Position numbers and translations under genes: made by a program. Below, piece after piece: positions 58,597-64,000 of a stretch of 64,000 nucleotides of DNA; the stretch's first letter is position 1, and the number at the start of each line of letters is the position of its first letter. The notes under the pieces were generated by a model, which was not told where the DNA came from, did no database searches, and saw only the letters and a list, made by a program, of their open reading frames with translations. The DNA is from a virus: the IMG/VR virus record IMGVR_UViG_3300017755_003154, positions 20,064 through 84,063 of that record; one strand, 5' to 3'.

Positions 58597-60999
58597 ATGG
58601 CAGGACCAGTAAAAGGAACCATAGGGGGCGATGATGTTACCCTAATTGATGCGGCTACCGAAACAACTCTACTAAAAATACTCGCGGCTATGAAGAAACA
58701 AGGCGGCGGTGGTGGAGGCGGCGGCAAGGGCGGTGCTCAAAGTTCAGAAGAAGAACTAATGGAGATGGCAAAAGCCACTGGTAAAACCACCGATTCATTA
58801 GAAGATTTAGAAGAACAAGTAGAAGAAACTAGCAGTATGCTAGCCAGAGGATTTGGCCAATTAAGCCAAATGGTCCAAGGATTAGCACACGAATTCTTAG
58901 GTGGATCTACATCAATTTCTGATTTTGCTTCACATATTACTGGTGCATTATCTGCTATTCCTATTGTAGGACCACTTGTAGGAGGCGCATTACAGTTACT
59001 AGTAAGTGTCGTTGATCAAAATATTCAAACATTTAGAGAAATGTCACAAGTTGGTGTAGACTTTGGTGCAAGTATTATGGGTGCAAAACTTGCGGCTACA
59101 CAAGCAGGACTAAGTTTAGAAACATTCCAAAACGTAATTTCACAGAATTCAGAATCACTTGCTTTGTTTGCAGGCGGTGCAAGTGAAGGTGCAAAACGCT
59201 TTGCACAAATCAGTGGACAAATACAGAAAAACATGGGACCACAGTTTAGTAAACTTGGTATGACAATGGAAGAAACTGCTGAATATACAGCAGACTATTT
59301 AGAAATGCAAACATCTTTGGGTAGAGCCCAAAAGATGAGCAACAGAGAATTAGAAGCAGGTATTGCTAGTACAGTACTAGAAGTTGACAAACTTGCTAGA
59401 GTAACAGGTAAGCGTCGAGACCAAGTCATGGCAGAGATGAAAGAAAACATGGCTGACAAACGTTTAAAACTTATATTCAACACTATGGAAAAAGGTGCTC
59501 AAGAAAATCTTAACGGTGTGTTGACAATGATGGGATCAGCAAGTCCGGACCTTAAAGATGCAATTACAGAAATGGTTGCAACAGGCGGAGTACCTTTAGG
59601 TGAAATGGGTCAAGACTTAGTGCGTTTAAATCCGCAGTTAGCGGCAATGTCAGAAGGCTTGAAAAACGGTACTGTTACTCAAGATCAGTTTATGGCAGAG
59701 ATTAGAAAAACTGCTGAGATGGCAGACAATCTAAGTGATGCACAAAAAGAACAGTACTCAACACTAGCGGCAATGGGTAGTAGCGTTGGTAGTGCTATTA
59801 TTGAAATTATTGGAATGAAAAATGCAGGTAAAAATTTAACTGATGCACAAAAACAACAACTAGAAGCATTTGAATCAAGAGAAAAAGCAACAGCAGATTT
59901 TGAACGTGTATTACAAGAAACTAAAAATAAAATTTATGATGCATTAATTAGTTCAGGAATCTTTACAGAAATTTCAGAATTAATGGGCTCATTTACTACT
60001 TGGTTAGCAAGTCCAAATGGTACTGCTCGTATTATGGAATTTACAAATAGTATTTCTACTAAGTTTAAAGAATTACTAGAAGCATTTAAGTCAGGTAACT
60101 TAATGCAATATGTTAAAGATATGTTAGCAACTGGTCTTTCTGGTTTAGGCGGAATGATTGGTAAGTTAATAGGTGGCATATTTGGCGGCGGTGGTGAAGA
60201 AGAAACAGCAGATGGAGCAGGAGGCAAAGAGAAAAAAGCAGGTGGCGGTATATTTGTTGGGTTAGATAGTGCATTAGAAAAACTAGCAGGACTAGTTGCA
60301 GTTGGTGGTGTAGTTTATCTTGCTATTAAAGGATTCCAATCATTATTAATGGGCTTTGCAAATCCAACAGTAATATTAGGTGCAGGTGTATTAGCAGGAT
60401 TATTAATAGGTACAGGCGCGGCAATAAGATTAGCAGGTGACGGAATTAGTGCGGCAGGCGATGGTGTAGAAAAAATGGCGGCAGGCGTTGAAAGAATGTC
60501 CCAAGTTAAAGATACAGCCAATTTAGCAAACGTTGCTGAATCCCTAGGTGCATTAGGTAGTGCTATGTTAGGACTAGCCGCAGGTGGTATACTAGATAGT
60601 ATAGCAAGTTTCTTTGGCGCTAGTTCACCATTTGATAAAATGGTTGAAGGAATTAACAAATTTAGTAAAATTGACGCAAATGCAATTAGTAATTTAACAG
60701 GTGCAAGTAGTGGACTTGCAAATTTAAAATCATTTACAGATGGTTTAGATGCAGACGGTGTTAAAACTTATGCTCAAGCATTAAAAGAACTTGCTGAGGC
60801 TATGAAAAAACTAAATGTAGTGCTTGCAGACTCAAATAGTAAGAGAAAAGAAAGCGGATATTCAGTTTCTGACTTACTCAAATCTGAAGGCGGATTAGGC
60901 GGTGGTGGCATAAGTAGTAATACATTAGAACAACTTATGCGTACTAACAATACATTGCTAGGAAAAATCCTGGAGAAAAACCCAGAGAGTGCATATTAA
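58597..60999 (+). CDS. Tape measure protein (putative)
   Basis: 800-aa Ala/Gly/Met-rich helical protein with hydrophobic segments, between the gp26-like gene and the portal. Confidence 0.65.
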   Translation: MAGPVKGTIGGDDVTLIDAATETTLLKILAAMKKQGGGGGGGGKGGAQSSEEELMEMAKATGKTTDSLEDLEEQVEETSSMLARGFGQLSQMVQGLAHEFLGGSTSISDFASHITGALSAIPIVGPLVGGALQLLVSVVDQNIQTFREMSQVGVDFGASIMGAKLAATQAGLSLETFQNVISQNSESLALFAGGASEGAKRFAQISGQIQKNMGPQFSKLGMTMEETAEYTADYLEMQTSLGRAQKMSNRELEAGIASTVLEVDKLARVTGKRRDQVMAEMKENMADKRLKLIFNTMEKGAQENLNGVLTMMGSASPDLKDAITEMVATGGVPLGEMGQDLVRLNPQLAAMSEGLKNGTVTQDQFMAEIRKTAEMADNLSDAQKEQYSTLAAMGSSVGSAIIEIIGMKNAGKNLTDAQKQQLEAFESREKATADFERVLQETKNKIYDALISSGIFTEISELMGSFTTWLASPNGTARIMEFTNSISTKFKELLEAFKSGNLMQYVKDMLATGLSGLGGMIGKLIGGIFGGGGEEETADGAGGKEKKAGGGIFVGLDSALEKLAGLVAVGGVVYLAIKGFQSLLMGFANPTVILGAGVLAGLLIGTGAAIRLAGDGISAAGDGVEKMAAGVERMSQVKDTANLANVAESLGALGSAMLGLAAGGILDSIASFFGASSPFDKMVEGINKFSKIDANAISNLTGASSGLANLKSFTDGLDADGVKTYAQALKELAEAMKKLNVVLADSNSKRKESGYSVSDLLKSEGGLGGGGISSNTLEQLMRTNNTLLGKILEKNPESAY

Positions 61000-61008
61000 G
61001 GATAAAGA

Positions 61009-62754
61009 ATGAGTTGGAAAAAATATTTCACACCAGTACCAACAGGAGATAATCCAGGAGGAAATTACAGTCCTCTAGGTGGTGGTAGAGGGGGCAGTGG
61101 TAATGCAGGGCCAGCACGTACAAACTATAGTTCGTATTTGCCAGATGTTTATGTAGGCGCTCCTAACAGAGTTGAGCGTTACGGACAATATAATACTATG
61201 GATTTAGATAGTGAGGTAAATGCCGCACTTGACATCTTAGCAGAATTTTGCTCACAAAAAAATTCACAAAACAAAACACCTTTTGTATTAGACTTTAAGA
61301 AAAAAGCAACTACATCAGAAACAACAATTTTACAACAATATCTACAGCAGTGGAATAAAATACAAATGTTTGATACACGCATGTTTAGAATTTTGCGTAA
61401 TGTATTTAAATATGGAGATCAATTCTTTATTAGAGATCCAGAAACTAAAAAGTTATTTCATGTTGATTCAGCAAACGTAGCAAGAATTATTGTTAATGAA
61501 TCAGAAGGCAAAAAACCACAACAGTATGTAATTAAAGATTTTAATTTAAATTTCAAAGACATGGTTGCAACAACACCTTTCCAAACTAATGGAAATGTTA
61601 CAGGCGGCGGTGACGGATACTTAACTGGTGGCGTAAGAGGAATGGTCGGCCAAGCACCTAGACAGAGCGGAAGTAGATTCCAAGAAGGTGAAGGCGAAGT
61701 TGCTATTGATGCAGAAAATGTTGTACACCTAAGTTTATCAGAAGGACTAGATAACAACTTTCCATTTGGTAACAGTTTATTAGAAACAATATTTAAAGTA
61801 TACAAACAAAAAGAATTATTAGAAGATGCGATTATTATCTATCGTGTACAACGTGCGCCAGAGCGCAGAGTATTCTACGTTGATGTGGGTAACATGCCAT
61901 CGCACTTAGCGATGCAGTTTGTAGAGAGAGTTAAGACGGAAATACATCAAAGACGTATCCCATCGTCAACAGGCGGAGGCACTAATGTCATAGACAGTTC
62001 ATACAATCCGTTGTCAATCAATGAAGATTACTTTTTCCCACAAACAGCAGAAGGGCGTGGATCTAAAGTTGAAACACTACCAGGCGGTACTAACCTAGGC
62101 GAAATTGACGACTTACGTTATTTTACAAACAAACTTGTTAGAGGTTTACGAATTCCTAGTTCATATTTGCCAACAGGAGCAGACGATTCAGCCGCACAAT
62201 ACAATGACGGAAGAGTCGGAACAGCATACATTCAAGAATTAAGATTTAATACATATTGTGAAAGATTACAAGGATTGTTAATCGAAGATCTAAATCAAGA
62301 ATTTAAAAGATACTTGCTTGAGAAGGGCGTAAACATTGATACAGCAATGTTTGATATTAGATTCCAACCACCACAAAACTTTGCGGCTTATAGACAAAGT
62401 GAAATTGATAATGCACGTATTCCTACATTTACACAAATGAGTGCAATACCTTATGTTTCAAATCGTTTTGCTATGAAGCGTTACTTAGGACTAAGTGAAG
62501 AAGAACTTACTGAAAACGAAAGACTATGGCGCGAAGAAAATGATGAAAATATTACTCCACCACCAACAGATGCAGGCGGTGAACTTAGAGGCGCAGGCGT
62601 TAGCGGTGCAGGCATTGATGCAGACATGGCTGGTATGGAAGAAGAAGTTCCTGGCGGTGAAGCACCGATTGATGGAGGTGCAACTGATGCACCAGAAACA
62701 GCAACCGGTGGCGAAGGCGTTCCTCAAGAAGGCGCAACTGACGTAACGGTATAA
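61009..62754 (+). CDS. gp20: Portal vertex protein gp20
   Basis: LLEDAIIIYRVQRAPERRVFYVDVGNMP; EDYFFP..GRGSKVETLPGG..LGEIDDLRYF..LRIPSS. Confidence 0.93.
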   Translation: MSWKKYFTPVPTGDNPGGNYSPLGGGRGGSGNAGPARTNYSSYLPDVYVGAPNRVERYGQYNTMDLDSEVNAALDILAEFCSQKNSQNKTPFVLDFKKKATTSETTILQQYLQQWNKIQMFDTRMFRILRNVFKYGDQFFIRDPETKKLFHVDSANVARIIVNESEGKKPQQYVIKDFNLNFKDMVATTPFQTNGNVTGGGDGYLTGGVRGMVGQAPRQSGSRFQEGEGEVAIDAENVVHLSLSEGLDNNFPFGNSLLETIFKVYKQKELLEDAIIIYRVQRAPERRVFYVDVGNMPSHLAMQFVERVKTEIHQRRIPSSTGGGTNVIDSSYNPLSINEDYFFPQTAEGRGSKVETLPGGTNLGEIDDLRYFTNKLVRGLRIPSSYLPTGADDSAAQYNDGRVGTAYIQELRFNTYCERLQGLLIEDLNQEFKRYLLEKGVNIDTAMFDIRFQPPQNFAAYRQSEIDNARIPTFTQMSAIPYVSNRFAMKRYLGLSEEELTENERLWREENDENITPPPTDAGGELRGAGVSGAGIDADMAGMEEEVPGGEAPIDGGATDAPETATGGEGVPQEGATDVTV

Positions 62755-62757
62755 ATA
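62750..62757 (+). promoter_or_regulatory. T4-type late promoter TATAAATA
   Basis: Overlaps the portal stop codon; 5 nt upstream of ATG 62763. Confidence 0.65.
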
Positions 62758-62762
62758 ACAGT

Positions 62763-63011
62763 ATGATACTTAGAGAACTATTTTATTTTGACAAAGAAAC
62801 ACTTGAGCCTGTAGAAGACAAGCGTTATTCTGCTACAGATGATCAATCTCCAGTAGACTTTGATTCAACACGTAAAACAAGACTCACACTTCGCCAAATT
62901 AATCGTGCAAGATTAGCCGCAGAGGTACATAAAGAAGAGCAAGTTAAAGACTTGCATTTTGTAAGACAAATGTATGGCATAGCGGCAAACGCAGAGGCCG
63001 GCGGAGTATGA
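62763..63011 (+). CDS. Small head-module hypothetical protein
   Basis: 82 aa; MILRELF N-terminus; TRKTRLTLRQINRAR..VRQMYG. Confidence 0.7.
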   Translation: MILRELFYFDKETLEPVEDKRYSATDDQSPVDFDSTRKTRLTLRQINRARLAAEVHKEEQVKDLHFVRQMYGIAANAEAGGV

Positions 63012-63014
63012 TAA

Positions 63015-63617
63015 TTGAGTATAGCCTTTGTATTAGGTAACGGATTAAGCCGAAGCCGAATTCCTTTAGAACCTCTTAGAAAATTTGGAACTATCTATGC
63101 CTGTAATGCAGTTTATAGAGAATTCAAACCTGACTATCTCATTGCTGTAGATACTAAAATGGTCAACGAAATTGTACAGTATAGATATCATAAAGAAGGG
63201 CAAGTTTGGACAAATTATAATAAGTCTTATGAAAAATATAATGGACTTAACTATTTTGAGCCTAGTAAAGGCTGGAGTAGCGGACCTACAGCATTAGACC
63301 TTGCTAGTGACCACGGACATGATACAATCTATATTTTAGGATTTGACTATCAGGGCATAGGTCCTGAACATAAACGTGTTAATAACTTATATAGCGGTAC
63401 GCCTAATTACAAGCGAGAACACGATACATCAACTTATTACGGCAATTGGTTACGTCAAACTACTACTGTATTACAGAAAAATTCAAAAAAGAGATATATA
63501 AGAGTAGTAACAAACGAAATGAGTTTCATACCGGAACCTTTTGATAATTTTGCGAATATATCGCATATTACAGTGGAAGATTTAGCGAAATCTTTCAATT
63601 TTTCGTTGAATCCGTAA
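63015..63617 (+). CDS. Maf/MptE-like (DUF115-type) transferase-fold protein
   Basis: AFVLGNGLSR..YACNA..PDYLIAVD..SSGPTAL.LA..IYILGFD; TTG start. Confidence 0.6.
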   Translation: MSIAFVLGNGLSRSRIPLEPLRKFGTIYACNAVYREFKPDYLIAVDTKMVNEIVQYRYHKEGQVWTNYNKSYEKYNGLNYFEPSKGWSSGPTALDLASDHGHDTIYILGFDYQGIGPEHKRVNNLYSGTPNYKREHDTSTYYGNWLRQTTTVLQKNSKKRYIRVVTNEMSFIPEPFDNFANISHITVEDLAKSFNFSLNP

Positions 63618-63642
63618 AAATGGTTCGTTTTGAGCCTATATC

Positions 63643-63671
63643 TACGTACTTTTCTTAATAAATAGTAAATA
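63643..63671 (+). promoter_or_regulatory. Late promoter region (two TAAATA) with upstream TACGTAC element
   Basis: TACGTACTTTTCTTAATAAATAGTAAATA upstream of 63721. Confidence 0.6.
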
Positions 63672-63720
63672 ATAATGACAGCCTTACCGTAAGGTAATTT
63701 TATTTTAACAGGAGAAAACA

Positions 63721-64000
63721 ATGGCAGATCTAAACAAGTTCGAGAACATGCTCGAAAAACTAGTCAATGAAGATCGCGCTGGAGCAGAAGAATTATTCCA
63801 CGAGATTGTAGTTGAAAAATCAAGAGAAATTTATGAAAACCTACTAGAAAACGATCTAGAGGAAACTGACAAAGAAGTTGAAGAGTCTGATAAAGACGAA
63901 GAAACTAAAGAGTCCACAAAAGATGAGGACACTAAAGAGTCAGCAGACGAAGACTTAGACGAAGCAACTGACGAAGAAGTTGATGAGTCAAGCGACGATG
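63721..64000 (+). CDS. Highly acidic prohead core/scaffold-like protein (truncated by the window edge; not in the ORF track)
   Basis: AGGAG RBS; MADLNKFENMLEKLVNEDRAGAEELFHEIVVEKSREIYENLLENDLEETDKEVEE...; located after the portal. Confidence 0.7.
   Translation, partial: MADLNKFENMLEKLVNEDRAGAEELFHEIVVEKSREIYENLLENDLEETDKEVEESDKDEETKESTKDEDTKESADEDLDEATDEEVDESSDD

Noticed and set aside
1-64000. Stop-codon reassignment, selenocysteine read-through, inteins or introns in core genes
   Set aside because: Genes tile densely in the standard code; portal, gp46, gp47 and gp55 are uninterrupted, with no intein motifs noticed.

Overview
A 64-kb segment of a large, AT-rich T4-like myophage genome (standard genetic code; no tRNA or CRISPR array seen). 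From left to right: (1) 1-14.8 kb, minus strand: a tightly overlapping accessory operon with seven radical-SAM/SPASM-twitch enzymes, a QueC-like PP-loop ATPase, a polysaccharide-lyase-like protein, a giant GT-GT-repeat-methyltransferase fusion and two GT8-like glycosyltransferases, behind a near-consensus sigma70 promoter. (2) 14.8-49.6 kb, minus strand: a tail-fibre/baseplate module with paralogous fibres, a 4940-aa wedge protein, gp6, gp25, PAAR, a CHAP-like amidase, gp5 with a GH19 lysozyme, hub, and gp53- and gp48/54-like genes. (3) 49.7-54.0 kb, plus strand: gp55 late sigma factor, gp47/gp46 (Mre11/Rad50) and a GIY-YIG nuclease. (4) 54.0-54.5 kb: a GC-enriched, multi-helix non-coding region that looks like a large structured RNA. 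(5) 54.5-64 kb: putative internal head proteins, a gp26-like gene that appears to extend into a gp51-like frame by a programmed -1 frameshift, tape measure, portal gp20, a Maf/MptE-like transferase and the start of an acidic prohead-core-like gene. The top leads are the GIY-YIG plus structured-RNA pair, the radical-SAM/glycosyltransferase operon and the -1 frameshift. All family assignments come from motif recognition by eye, not from database searches.
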